NCBI GenBank assembly: GCA_016784025.1
Contig: JADHVL010000002.1
Span: 52,490 to 116,489, forward strand
Direction: 5' to 3'
Length of the DNA stretch: 64,000 nt
Origin: Fidelibacterota bacterium
Lineage (GTDB): Bacteria; Fidelibacterota; UBA8477; JABMPR01
The notes under the pieces are model-generated. The model ran no database searches. It saw only the letters and a list, made by a program, of their open reading frames with translations, and was not told the DNA's origin. Positions 28,751-38,264 of this stretch are shown here, one piece after another (position 1 is the first letter of the stretch; every line of letters begins with the position of its first letter). The position numbers were made by a program, and so were the translations under genes.

Positions 28751-30022
28751 CTATCTCCCAAAATCATTATTTCGCATTGATCGCCCGGCCAGAAATCCCG
28801 TTGACCAACTAGAGGTCAAATTATAGCCACCGGTTTCACCGTTTACATCAATAACTTCACCGGCAAAATATAGGTTTGATGTTAATTTTGATTCCATGGT
28901 TGTGGGATCTATCTCCTTCAGTGAAACACCACCAGATGTAACGATGGCACGATCATAAGAATCGTGACCAATGACCTGCATGGGAAATTCTTTCAAGAGC
29001 ATTCTCAAGCGTTTACGCTCTTCTCCAGTGACTTGATGCAACTTTTTAGCAGGATCTATTTCCAGCAGATCCACAAAAAGGTCGATCATTTTTAGGGGTA
29101 AAAGGGATTTCAATAGGCTTCTAAAATTCTGCTTACTATTATTTGATAACTCTCGAAGCAGTCGCTGATCCAATTTTTTGTGATCCAAAGCTGGTTTAAG
29201 ATCAATTTTAATTTGGACTTCCTTCGTGGACTCCAGCATGGCCACCAGGGTTTCACTTAAGGTCAGAATAATGGGACCTGTCACACCTTTTCGAGTGAAC
29301 ATCATTTCCCCAAACATTTCAGCGACTTTTTTACCTTCATCCCAGATTGAGAGTGAAATATTTCGCAGACTTACACCCATCACCCGTTTTGCAGTGTCAC
29401 CGGCAGTTAAGACAGGCACCAGAGATGGAGCCGTATCTACAATAGTATGGTCAAAGGCCTTAGCCATGGTGTATCCATCACCCGTTGATCCAGTTGCCGG
29501 GTATCCCAAGCCTCCAGAGCATATACACACTTGATCCGCCAGAACTTGCGTCTGGTGTTCTCCCTGTTTCACCTGCAGAACATATTGGCCCCCATCAATT
29601 TTTTGAATTCCAGTCACATGTGTTTTCATGGCAATAGGGATATTTAAATCACTTAGTTTTTTTTCAAATGCTACAACAATATCTGTCGCTCGATCACTTT
29701 CGCAGAAGTATCGCCCTCCCCTCTCCAGCTTGGTAGGAACCCCCAGATCATTTATGTATTTGAGCAAATCATGATTGAAAAATTGTGAAAACGCATACTT
29801 GAGAAAGCGACCTTTTTTTCCAAACCGATTCAGGAAGCTTTGCATGCTCTCCTCGTTGGTGATATTGCAGCGTCCCTTGCCTGAGATACGCAATTTGAGA
29901 CCCGTTTTGTGCATTTTTTCCAGGATGACTATGCTGTGATTAGGATTGAACGCCTCAACCCCTGCAATGAGACCTGCTGGTCCAGCGCCAATAATGACGG
30001 TATTGTAGTGGGGCTCTAGCAT
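28751..30022 (-). CDS. HI0933/BaiN-family NAD(P)/FAD-dependent flavoprotein
   Basis: VIIGAGPAGLIAG dinucleotide-binding motif and GKGRCNITN family signature. Confidence 0.8.
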   Translation of the reverse strand: MLEPHYNTVIIGAGPAGLIAGVEAFNPNHSIVILEKMHKTGLKLRISGKGRCNITNEESMQSFLNRFGKKGRFLKYAFSQFFNHDLLKYINDLGVPTKLERGGRYFCESDRATDIVVAFEKKLSDLNIPIAMKTHVTGIQKIDGGQYVLQVKQGEHQTQVLADQVCICSGGLGYPATGSTGDGYTMAKAFDHTIVDTAPSLVPVLTAGDTAKRVMGVSLRNISLSIWDEGKKVAEMFGEMMFTRKGVTGPIILTLSETLVAMLESTKEVQIKIDLKPALDHKKLDQRLLRELSNNSKQNFRSLLKSLLPLKMIDLFVDLLEIDPAKKLHQVTGEERKRLRMLLKEFPMQVIGHDSYDRAIVTSGGVSLKEIDPTTMESKLTSNLYFAGEVIDVNGETGGYNLTSSWSTGFLAGRSMRNNDFGR

Positions 30023-30028
30023 ATCAAA

Positions 30029-30577
30029 TCATTGCGCCTGCCAGGTTGAAGACAGTTTCCCATAAACGGCCATATCAACAAATTTATCCCATTTGAGAGC
30101 ATGTTGTTTGAGGACACCTTCTGGTTCCATACCGATTTTTTGCATGACACGTCCAGAAGCCGGATTTCGAGTCATATGACTGGCATGAATCTTATTCAAC
30201 TGTAGCGTCTCAAATCCATATTTGAGTAATGCCTTCGATGCTTCTGTGGCATATCCATTTCCCCAAAATGGCTTGCCAACCCAGTAACCCAATTCCGCCC
30301 GATTAAATCGCTGCATCACCGTAAGACCGACAGCACCAACCAATTTTCCCGAATACAATTCAATCATAGCAAAGACAACTCCACTGCCTGAATTAAATTC
30401 TGATTGATGTGAATTCATCCAGGTTTCAGCCATACCATCTAGATAGGGGTGGGGAATATTGAGTGTCATTTCAGCGATTTCAAATGCTCCAGCCAGCTCC
30501 TGGATCTTGGGAGCATCAGTTGGGAGGAAACCCCTTAGCATGAGTCGTTCTAGTTTTATTTCTGGATATTTTTTCAT
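30029..30577 (-). CDS. GNAT N-acetyltransferase (RimJ/RimL-like)
   Basis: VGAVGLTV...ELGYWVGKPFWGNGYATEA is an acetyl-CoA binding motif A/B pattern. Confidence 0.75.
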   Translation of the reverse strand: MKKYPEIKLERLMLRGFLPTDAPKIQELAGAFEIAEMTLNIPHPYLDGMAETWMNSHQSEFNSGSGVVFAMIELYSGKLVGAVGLTVMQRFNRAELGYWVGKPFWGNGYATEASKALLKYGFETLQLNKIHASHMTRNPASGRVMQKIGMEPEGVLKQHALKWDKFVDMAVYGKLSSTWQAQ

Positions 30578-30626
30578 GGGATTCTTACCCCCATACTGGT
30601 GCTTGCATCATCTGGGCAATATATCG

Positions 30627-31994
30627 TTATAATAAATCCTGAATCTCCGTTTTAAATTCATTGACCAGGGAAGCCGCAACTGTCTGGCTTGATCCTTCGG
30701 CAAAGATACGGACAATAGGTTCTGTATTTGATGCCCGAAAGTGGACCCAGCGATCCTTCCAGCTAATTTTCACCCCATCCTCAAGGTTTGGAACCAGACT
30801 GGCATATTTTTCAGCCAAGGACTGGAGGATATCTGCTGGCTGGTATCCCTGAACATTGATTTTGTCCTTAACCATTTCATAGCGGGGTAGATCATCTGCA
30901 ATTTCGCGTATGGATTGTTTGGTTTCAGCCATAAGCGAAAGAATGAGACCTGAAGCAACAAGTGAATCACGGCCAAGATGAGATTCAGCTAAAATCACAC
31001 CACCGTTACCTTCACCTCCAATGAGTGTATCTACTTGCTGCATTTTGCGAGCAACGTGAATTTCACCAACAGGAGTTCTTAAAACCCTGCGACCATAGCG
31101 TTCAGCCAGATCATCCAGAGCCTTGGTTGAACTTAAGTTGGTAACCAGAGGTCGACGATCATCATCGGCAGCATGGCGGAGGGCGTGGTAAGCAGCCAGC
31201 ACCAGTGTATATTCTTCAACAAGAGGATTGCCATATCCATCGATGACTGCCAGTCTGTCAGCATCAGGATCAGTAGCGATTCCAATATCTGCTCCCAGGC
31301 GACTCACAGTCTTTCTTAGTTCCATAAGGTTTTCAGGGAGAGGCTCAGGGGTATGGACAAAATTTCCATCATTATTGCAGTTAATGGGGAATACTTCACA
31401 GCCTATTCGTTCCAGGAAGGCAGGTAGTGCCTCTGACCCGGCGCCATTGATGGCATCAATAACAACCTTCGGTCGCAACTCACGAATCGCATCCACATTT
31501 ACAAGATCCAGAGCCATCACATTCTCAATGTGCCGCTCAATCCTATCATCTAACTTGGTAACAGAGCCAGTCAACTCAGATACAAGCGGACCAGCCACCT
31601 TCACTTTAGCCAATTCGATTTGAAGTTGTCTGTGTTCTTCAGAATCTAGAAACAAACCTTCATCACCTACAAATTTCAGCGCATTCCATTCGATGGGGTT
31701 GTGGCTGGCGGTAACGATGATTCCGCCTCTGGCATTCAGGTCTTTTACCATCAGTTGAGCTGTGGGTGTGGGACAGATCCCACAATCAATAATTTCACAA
31801 CCCAATTGGTTTAAAGCTTTTTCAACGACACCCTTGAACATTTCTCCAGAGGGTCGGCTGTCCTGAGCAATAACGATACGCCCATTATCCATGAGTTGAG
31901 CAAAAGCTCTGGTATAAACTTCAACGACCTCTTCATCGAAGCCATCATTGATGATTCCGCGAACTCCTGAGATTCCTGATATTAAAATAGGCAT
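30627..31994 (-). CDS. Phosphohexomutase (phosphomannomutase/phosphoglucosamine mutase family)
   Basis: GIIVTASHNP active-site phosphoserine loop; a four-domain 455-aa architecture. Confidence 0.8.
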   Translation of the reverse strand: MPILISGISGVRGIINDGFDEEVVEVYTRAFAQLMDNGRIVIAQDSRPSGEMFKGVVEKALNQLGCEIIDCGICPTPTAQLMVKDLNARGGIIVTASHNPIEWNALKFVGDEGLFLDSEEHRQLQIELAKVKVAGPLVSELTGSVTKLDDRIERHIENVMALDLVNVDAIRELRPKVVIDAINGAGSEALPAFLERIGCEVFPINCNNDGNFVHTPEPLPENLMELRKTVSRLGADIGIATDPDADRLAVIDGYGNPLVEEYTLVLAAYHALRHAADDDRRPLVTNLSSTKALDDLAERYGRRVLRTPVGEIHVARKMQQVDTLIGGEGNGGVILAESHLGRDSLVASGLILSLMAETKQSIREIADDLPRYEMVKDKINVQGYQPADILQSLAEKYASLVPNLEDGVKISWKDRWVHFRASNTEPIVRIFAEGSSQTVAASLVNEFKTEIQDLL

Positions 31995-32021
31995 TTTTCC
32001 TCCCTGAGGGATACAGCTGAT

Positions 32022-32522
32022 CTAGATCAGTTTGTATCCATATAAATGTTCTATGGTCGTTTTTCCAATGGTAAAAGGCTTGGTATCCTCAAAGATAAAT
32101 CCCTGATGATTATACCAGTCAATGGCGGGCAGGTTTTCAACCATGACACCCAGCCATACACGATCAACGTTATATTTTTTTCTAGCGTTATTAATTCCAT
32201 ATTGCATCATACGCTTTCCCAGCTTCAATTTTTGATATGATGGTAAAACATAGAGCGATGTGATGAAAAACTGGAGATCCTGTTGATTCCAGTAGGTTTT
32301 GCTATATCCTACGATGAATTGGTCAACCAGAGCGACACACCCATCTACTATTTTGGAGTCATACAAATTCTGGAGTTTTGTAAGGGCATAATAAGAATCA
32401 TGAAATTCTTTCCGATCCTCTTCTGGTACAAATGCTCCGTAGGCATCAGCCCAGGTATCCCAAGCGACCCTTTGAATAGAGGGCAGATCAGATCTACGCC
32501 ATGGCCGCACGCCATTCTTCAT
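32022..32522 (-). CDS. GNAT-family acetyltransferase
   Basis: Size, and a GNAT-like core around VWLGVMVENLPAIDWYNHQGF. Confidence 0.6.
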   Translation of the reverse strand: MKNGVRPWRRSDLPSIQRVAWDTWADAYGAFVPEEDRKEFHDSYYALTKLQNLYDSKIVDGCVALVDQFIVGYSKTYWNQQDLQFFITSLYVLPSYQKLKLGKRMMQYGINNARKKYNVDRVWLGVMVENLPAIDWYNHQGFIFEDTKPFTIGKTTIEHLYGYKLI

Positions 32523-32902
32523 CGAAAAGTGGCCTTAAAGAGAGCGTAGGCCAGCCATGACCAACCTGCAATAAATGCTACGCCACCAATTGGGGTAATT
32601 GCTCCAAAATATTTCTTTCCACTGATGGCCAGGATGTAAAGACTTCCCGAGAAAAATAAAATACCAATGATAATCAAGTATCCTGTAATGTTTAACTCTT
32701 TGGGGGACATATAATTTGAGAGACCAGGTAGAATCAGGAGAAGCAAGGAGTGAATCGCTTGATAGAAGACTGCTTTTTCCCAGATGCTTTGTCCATAGCT
32801 GTCCAGAATATTTTTTAAAGCATGAGCACCGAAAGCACCTAAACCGACGGTTAGGATTCCAAACATAGCACCCATAAAAGCAAAAAAAGTTGCTGGCATC
32901 AT
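32519..32902 (-). CDS. DUF423 (YgdD-like) small membrane protein
   Basis: FGILTVGLGAFGAHAL is the N-terminal signature of DUF423; 4 TM. Confidence 0.6.
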   Translation of the reverse strand: MMPATFFAFMGAMFGILTVGLGAFGAHALKNILDSYGQSIWEKAVFYQAIHSLLLLILPGLSNYMSPKELNITGYLIIIGILFFSGSLYILAISGKKYFGAITPIGGVAFIAGWSWLAYALFKATFR

Positions 32903-33951
32903 GCTTCCATGTCTCGGGCTCGTTTTTGACCACGTATAAAGTATTGGAAGAAAATGGAGCCCCCATACATCCTGCGTAGAGTGGCTGCAACCGCCTGGGG
33001 TTTCCGCTTTTTCCCAGCTTCTTGATGTTTTTTTATCAGGAGAAATGGATGGCTAAGATTCCAACCAATGGCCATGAGAATTGCGGCCATTCGTTTCCAG
33101 TCGCGAATCAATGCCGAGAACACAAAAGCCACGCCTTCAAGGGCGATGCGAGCAGGTAAAATGGCGGCGAGATAGACAAAGGGATAGTTTTTGACTATCA
33201 TCATCAGATTATTCCGATGATTCAAATACTTTTTCTGGTAACGATCCGGGGGTAAAGTCCAACCTGAATGGTGGAATATTCTGGATTTGGGAGCGTTCAC
33301 AACCCGCCATCCTGCGTTATGGAATCGCCAGCACAGGTCTATCTCTTCCATGTGGGCAAAGAAATCTTCGTCAAATAAGCCTACATCCTGAAGGGCTGTT
33401 CCACGTATCAAAAGGGCAGTTCCACTGGCCCAAAAGATATCTCTCGGTGTATCGTAATAGCCATCATCCTTCTCGGTAGTTGTAAAAATCCGGCCCAGCG
33501 CGTAGGGAAAAGCCAGGACATCCAACAACCCACCAACACCTCCAGCATAGTCAAAAACTTCGGGGTTTTGAGCAGACATTATTTTGGGCTGCACAGCTGC
33601 AATTTTTGAGTCCATCTCCATCTGCTCAACCAGAGGGCTGATCCAATTCGAGTCATGGGTTGTATCATTATTGAGCACGAGATAATACTCTGATTCAACT
33701 TCTCGTAATCCAACATTACACCCACCAGCAAATCCCAGATTTTCAGAGTTCTGAATAACTGTTACATCAGGGAATTCTCGTTGAACAAAGGCAACACTAT
33801 CATCGGATGATGCATTATCTACTACCACAATTTCCAGATGATTATAATCAGTAGCTTCCAAAGAGCGAAGGCAGGGCTCCAGCACCTCAATTCCATTCCA
33901 ATGCGGAATAACAACTGTCACTTTAGGGTTATTTTTTTGGTGTGTTGTCAT
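32899..33951 (-). CDS. GT2-family glycosyltransferase with C-terminal membrane anchor
   Basis: VTVVIPHWNG...VVDNASSDDS...LNNDT pattern (GT-A fold, DxD region) and C-terminal TMs. Confidence 0.8.
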   Translation of the reverse strand: MTTHQKNNPKVTVVIPHWNGIEVLEPCLRSLEATDYNHLEIVVVDNASSDDSVAFVQREFPDVTVIQNSENLGFAGGCNVGLREVESEYYLVLNNDTTHDSNWISPLVEQMEMDSKIAAVQPKIMSAQNPEVFDYAGGVGGLLDVLAFPYALGRIFTTTEKDDGYYDTPRDIFWASGTALLIRGTALQDVGLFDEDFFAHMEEIDLCWRFHNAGWRVVNAPKSRIFHHSGWTLPPDRYQKKYLNHRNNLMMIVKNYPFVYLAAILPARIALEGVAFVFSALIRDWKRMAAILMAIGWNLSHPFLLIKKHQEAGKKRKPQAVAATLRRMYGGSIFFQYFIRGQKRARDMEA

Positions 33952-34135
33952 AGCTTTAAAGATACACGGGAGGGATGGTGATTCAAATCATTGTGGATTT
34001 AAAAAGATAAATCGACCAGAGATTTTCGGAAAGTGGACCAACGCATCGTTTTCTAAACCAATCAGAACGCTTGTTTTAAGACAAGTATTTGATACTGTTG
34101 AATTATTTTGTAAATAAGACGCTCGAAAAGATAAG

Positions 34136-34579
34136 ATGTCAATTGACCACAAAGGGAAGCGAGAGACTTCAATGGATAAGATTAGCGTTCGTGATTTTAT
34201 GACAAAAGAACTGGTTGTCTTTACTCCTGAAACAGATATCTACACCGCTATAGATGAATTGGTGAAATCTGAAATCTCAGGGGCACCTATTGTAGATGGT
34301 GATGGTCGACTCGTTGGTATTATTTCTCAAAAGGATTGTCTACGTACCCTGGCAAATGGTGCCTTTCATAATGCACCTGCAGGTCCCGTCAGCGAATACA
34401 TGACCGAGGCTGTAATGAGTATTGGTCCGGATATGGACATTTTTACAGTGGCTGACCTCTTCTTGAACAATGTATATCGTAGAATTCCTGTTGTAGAAGA
34501 GGATGTGGTCATTGGCCAGATCAGCCGACGTGACATTTTACGTGCAATCCAACACATGATCGGAAGCGCTAAAGCTTAA
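34136..34579 (+). CDS. CBS-domain pair protein
   Basis: Two CBS repeats (VRDFMTKELVVFTPETDIYTA... and VSEYMTEAVMSIGPDMDIFTV...). Confidence 0.75.
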   Translation: MSIDHKGKRETSMDKISVRDFMTKELVVFTPETDIYTAIDELVKSEISGAPIVDGDGRLVGIISQKDCLRTLANGAFHNAPAGPVSEYMTEAVMSIGPDMDIFTVADLFLNNVYRRIPVVEEDVVIGQISRRDILRAIQHMIGSAKA

Positions 34580-34722
34580 ATTCAATTGCCGGCCTTTGAA
34601 GCGGTACACCACAGCATTAAAATTGGTAAAAACTCCTCTTGTCAGGGGCAGGTGTTCAGATATCTTGGCGCCATGATAATTGATACTAATATAGTAATAT
34701 TAACCAACACAGGAGAGACCCA

Positions 34723-35865
34723 GTGAAGATCGGTATACCCGTCGAGACAACTTCTGGAGAGACCCGCGTTGCGATGGTCCCCGGAATGGTTACTGCATTT
34801 ACTCGCTTGGAGCATGAAGTCATCATTCAAAAGAATGCCGGAGCAAGCTCATTCATTTCAGATGAAGAATTTGAAAAGGCTGGAGCCAGCATAGTTGATG
34901 ATGCAAAATCGCTTTTTGCAGGAGCAGATGTCATCTTTAAAGTTCAGCCACCCAGTGCTGATGAAGTCAAAATGATGCGGGATGGAGCCATATACATGGG
35001 TTATCTCGCTCCACTGAGCAATCATGAAACCCTCAATGCCATGAATGCAAAAAAGGTTACCAGCTTTGCCACCGAGTTTATTCCTCGAATTTCCCGGGCA
35101 CAAAGTATGGATACACTGAGCTCTATGGCGACTCTGGCTGGTTACAAGGCAGTGCTCATTGCTGCTAACCATCTTGGCAAAATATTCCCCCTACTTATGA
35201 CTGCTGCCGGATCAATTCCCCCAGCAAATACCTTCATATTGGGTGCTGGTGTTGCCGGACTACAGGCTATTGCCACGGCAAAACGGTTGGGCTCTAGAGT
35301 GGAAGCATTTGATCCACGACCTGCCGTCGAAGAGCAGGTAAAAAGTCTTGGCGCTACTTTTGTCCACATGGAAGTTCCAGAAGAAAATGTTGAAACAACA
35401 GGTGGATACGCGAAACAACAGTCTGATGCATTCCTCATTGCAGAGCAGGAAGCGATTGGCGCACGCTTGCCTAAAGTGGATGTTATTATCACAACTGCTC
35501 AGATTTTTGGTAAGGCAGCACCCATTCTCATTACTGAAAAGATGGTTAAAATGATGCGACCTGGTTCTGTCATTATTGATCTGGCCATTGAAGGTGGTGG
35601 AAATTGTGAGCTTTCAGAGGCTGGCAAGACTGTGGTTAAACACGGAGTCACCATCGTGGGTACTTTGAATCTACCTGCCACCTTACCTATTAATGGTAGT
35701 GGCATGTTTTCAAAAAACCTCCTCAACCTTTTCAAAAACATCTTTCAGAATGAAGACAACTCCCTTGATTTTGATGAAGAAGTCACTGCAGGAGCTTGCA
35801 TCACTCACGCTGGAGAAATTCAAAATGATCTTGTTAAAAAATCTATAACAGGAGGGAATGCATAA
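34723..35865 (+). CDS. pntAA: NAD(P) transhydrogenase subunit alpha part 1 (dI, NAD(H)-binding)
   Basis: GTG start; VKIGIPVETTSGETRVAMVPG N-terminus and an alanine-dehydrogenase/PNT fold with GAGVAGLQA. Confidence 0.9.
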   Translation: MKIGIPVETTSGETRVAMVPGMVTAFTRLEHEVIIQKNAGASSFISDEEFEKAGASIVDDAKSLFAGADVIFKVQPPSADEVKMMRDGAIYMGYLAPLSNHETLNAMNAKKVTSFATEFIPRISRAQSMDTLSSMATLAGYKAVLIAANHLGKIFPLLMTAAGSIPPANTFILGAGVAGLQAIATAKRLGSRVEAFDPRPAVEEQVKSLGATFVHMEVPEENVETTGGYAKQQSDAFLIAEQEAIGARLPKVDVIITTAQIFGKAAPILITEKMVKMMRPGSVIIDLAIEGGGNCELSEAGKTVVKHGVTIVGTLNLPATLPINGSGMFSKNLLNLFKNIFQNEDNSLDFDEEVTAGACITHAGEIQNDLVKKSITGGNA

Positions 35866-36164
35866 TGGAAAGTCTAATTGTATCCATCTATGTTTTCACT
35901 CTCGCCGTCTTTATCGGCTTTGAGTTGATTACAAAGGTTCCGCCACTACTGCATACCCCTCTCATGTCTGGTTCAAATGCCATTTCAGGTATCACTGTAG
36001 TCGGTGCTCTATTGGCAGCCAATGCCAATAACTGGAAAGTCAGCACCCTCCTCGGAGTTCTGGCCATCGTTTTCGCCATGATCAACGTGATTGGTGGATT
36101 TATGGTAACTGATCGCATGCTGGGCATGTTTAGAAAAGATAAAAAGACTGAGAAAGGAGCCTGA
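35865..36164 (+). CDS. pntAB: NAD(P) transhydrogenase subunit alpha part 2 (membrane)
   Basis: 99-aa 3-TM protein immediately following pntAA, with overlapping stop/start. Confidence 0.85.
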   Translation: MESLIVSIYVFTLAVFIGFELITKVPPLLHTPLMSGSNAISGITVVGALLAANANNWKVSTLLGVLAIVFAMINVIGGFMVTDRMLGMFRKDKKTEKGA

Positions 36165-37552
36165 TGATGATCTATTTAGAACAGTTCACCTATCTCCTGG
36201 CTTCAGCACTTTTTATTATTGGATTGAAGTATCTTGGTTCAGCTAAAACTGCCCGTAAGGGTAACCAATATGCTATGATGGCCATGGCCATCGCCATTGT
36301 GATCACCTTGGTGGTCTCTGGTATAGCAGGTCCCGTTCAAATCATAGTCGGTATGGTTGTCGGTGGACTCATTGGTGGAGTCGTTGCCAAAAAAATCGAA
36401 ATGACATCCATGCCACAAATGGTGGCCCTATTCAATGGGTTTGGTGGTATCGCCTCAACTCTGGTGGCTTATTCGGAATATCTTGAGCCAACCACGCTTC
36501 CTGTGCCATTGGATGTGAACATTACCCTCATTTTGAGTTTGTTCATTGGTACGGTCACCTTAACTGGTTCATTGATCGCCTTCGCTAAACTGCAAGGTCT
36601 CATGCCAGGTCGACCCCTTGTTCTGCCATTGCATCAGTTACTTAACTTTGTGCTGATGATCGGTGTAGTAATCTTTGGTGTCATGTATGTCATGGCCCCA
36701 GATGTACCAATGTGGCCTCTGCTTATCATCGCAGCTGCTGCAATCTTTGGTGTCACCTTTGTAATTCCAATTGGTGGTGCAGATATGCCTGTAGTTATTG
36801 CACTCTTGAATTCCTATTCAGGTCTGGCCGCCTCAGCCACAGGTTTTGTCCTGTCCAATAATGTTCTCATTATTGCTGGTGCACTGGTTGGCGCCTCTGG
36901 GTTGATTTTGACCCAGTTAATGTGTGATGCCATGAACCGCAGTCTTTTCAATGTACTATTTGGTGCTGTCGGCACAGATGACAGTACAGGTGATGCAGGA
37001 ACTGGTGGTGGCGAGCAAAAGACAGTGACTCGTTACACTGCTGAAGATGCTGCCATGATCATGGATACGGTTCAATCAGTTATCATCGTTCCTGGCTATG
37101 GGCTGGCTGTAGCTCAGGCTCAGCATGTTTTACATGAAATGGCTGAGATCCTCACTGCCCGGGGAATCGATGTCAAATATGCCATTCACCCTGTGGCTGG
37201 TAGAATGCCCGGTCATATGAATGTCCTGTTGGCAGAAGCCAACGTTCCCTACGATGTGCTTTATGAAATGGATGACATTAATGATGAATTCCAGAACACA
37301 GATGTGGCTTTGATTATCGGTGCAAATGACGTTGTGAATCCAGCTGCCCGGACCAAGAAAGACAGTCCACTTTACGGCATGCCGATTTTGAATGTTGATT
37401 ATGCCCGAACCGTCATGTTTGTCAAACGATCCATGGGTGCCGGTTTTGCCGGTGAAGCCAATCCCTTGTTCTTTGACGATAAAACCATGATGGTCTTTGG
37501 AGATGCCAAGGCCGTTGTTACAGGTCTTGTGAAATCCCTCAAAGAAGAGTAA
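36164..37552 (+). CDS. pntB: NAD(P) transhydrogenase subunit beta
   Basis: N-terminal TM bundle plus a C-terminal dIII NADP(H)-binding domain (GYGLAVAQAQH...GANDVVNPAA). Confidence 0.9.
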   Translation: MMIYLEQFTYLLASALFIIGLKYLGSAKTARKGNQYAMMAMAIAIVITLVVSGIAGPVQIIVGMVVGGLIGGVVAKKIEMTSMPQMVALFNGFGGIASTLVAYSEYLEPTTLPVPLDVNITLILSLFIGTVTLTGSLIAFAKLQGLMPGRPLVLPLHQLLNFVLMIGVVIFGVMYVMAPDVPMWPLLIIAAAAIFGVTFVIPIGGADMPVVIALLNSYSGLAASATGFVLSNNVLIIAGALVGASGLILTQLMCDAMNRSLFNVLFGAVGTDDSTGDAGTGGGEQKTVTRYTAEDAAMIMDTVQSVIIVPGYGLAVAQAQHVLHEMAEILTARGIDVKYAIHPVAGRMPGHMNVLLAEANVPYDVLYEMDDINDEFQNTDVALIIGANDVVNPAARTKKDSPLYGMPILNVDYARTVMFVKRSMGAGFAGEANPLFFDDKTMMVFGDAKAVVTGLVKSLKEE

Positions 37553-37642
37553 TGCTCGTCATCCCCAGCGGCCTACAGGGGCATAGCACCTGTGGTACGT
37601 AGACCTGAGTCGAGGGATAACAGATAAATGATAGATGTTTAA

Positions 37643-37668
37643 AAGCCTCGGGAAACCGAGGCTTTTTT
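37643..37668. terminator. Rho-independent bidirectional terminator (AAAAGCCTCGGgaaaCCGAGGCTTTTTT)
   Basis: 8-bp GC-rich stem with a 4-nt loop flanked by an A-tract and a T-tract, between the convergent pntB and 2H-phosphoesterase genes. Confidence 0.75.
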
Positions 37669-37671
37669 ATG

Positions 37672-38127
37672 TCAGCTGAATGGAATTCGGATGACTTCCT
37701 GCCATTGATCGGGACCACCATTCGTTTCAACCAGTACAGCCTCTTTTATGGTCACGGCGAGGGGGGATCCAATGGCAAGACTTTCCATCAACAACTTCTT
37801 GTTAGCAAGTTTGAGATGACTATAGAGTAAGCTCAGATGTGGCACAAAGGTGTTATTGGTCTTTACCTCAAATTGCTCCATGGCGCTTGCATGTAAACGA
37901 TGAAGAGCTGGATTGAGATGGGTGTGAATGATGACACTTCTGAAGTATTGATCGAACATCCCGACATGACTAAAACTGATCTGAAAGGGCTCTATCGTTT
38001 GGGTAAAATCAATCAACTTTGCCATAATCCAATCTATGTTTTGGTTCAATTGACCAAGCAAGGTGATATGTGGAGAAAAATCAGGTGTTTCTCCTCGCTC
38101 CGAAAGCTGGGTAATCAAGTTTTGCAA
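37672..38127 (-). CDS. 2H-phosphoesterase superfamily protein (LigT/ThpR-like RNA 2',3'-cyclic phosphodiesterase)
   Basis: Two HxT/SxL motifs (HITLLG, HLSLLY) at the expected spacing; at 151 aa it is shorter than typical. Confidence 0.6.
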   Translation of the reverse strand: MQNLITQLSERGETPDFSPHITLLGQLNQNIDWIMAKLIDFTQTIEPFQISFSHVGMFDQYFRSVIIHTHLNPALHRLHASAMEQFEVKTNNTFVPHLSLLYSHLKLANKKLLMESLAIGSPLAVTIKEAVLVETNGGPDQWQEVIRIPFS

Positions 38128-38264
38128 GTATTCATATTCTGGTTCTGCTGGAATGAGCCAGATTGAATGACCCCTGGTATTTTCAGCTACGATTTTTCAC
38201 CCCCAAAGTTTGTTATACAATAATTGTAAAATATTCAATCCTCTGCTTTCCCCAAGTTTAATCG

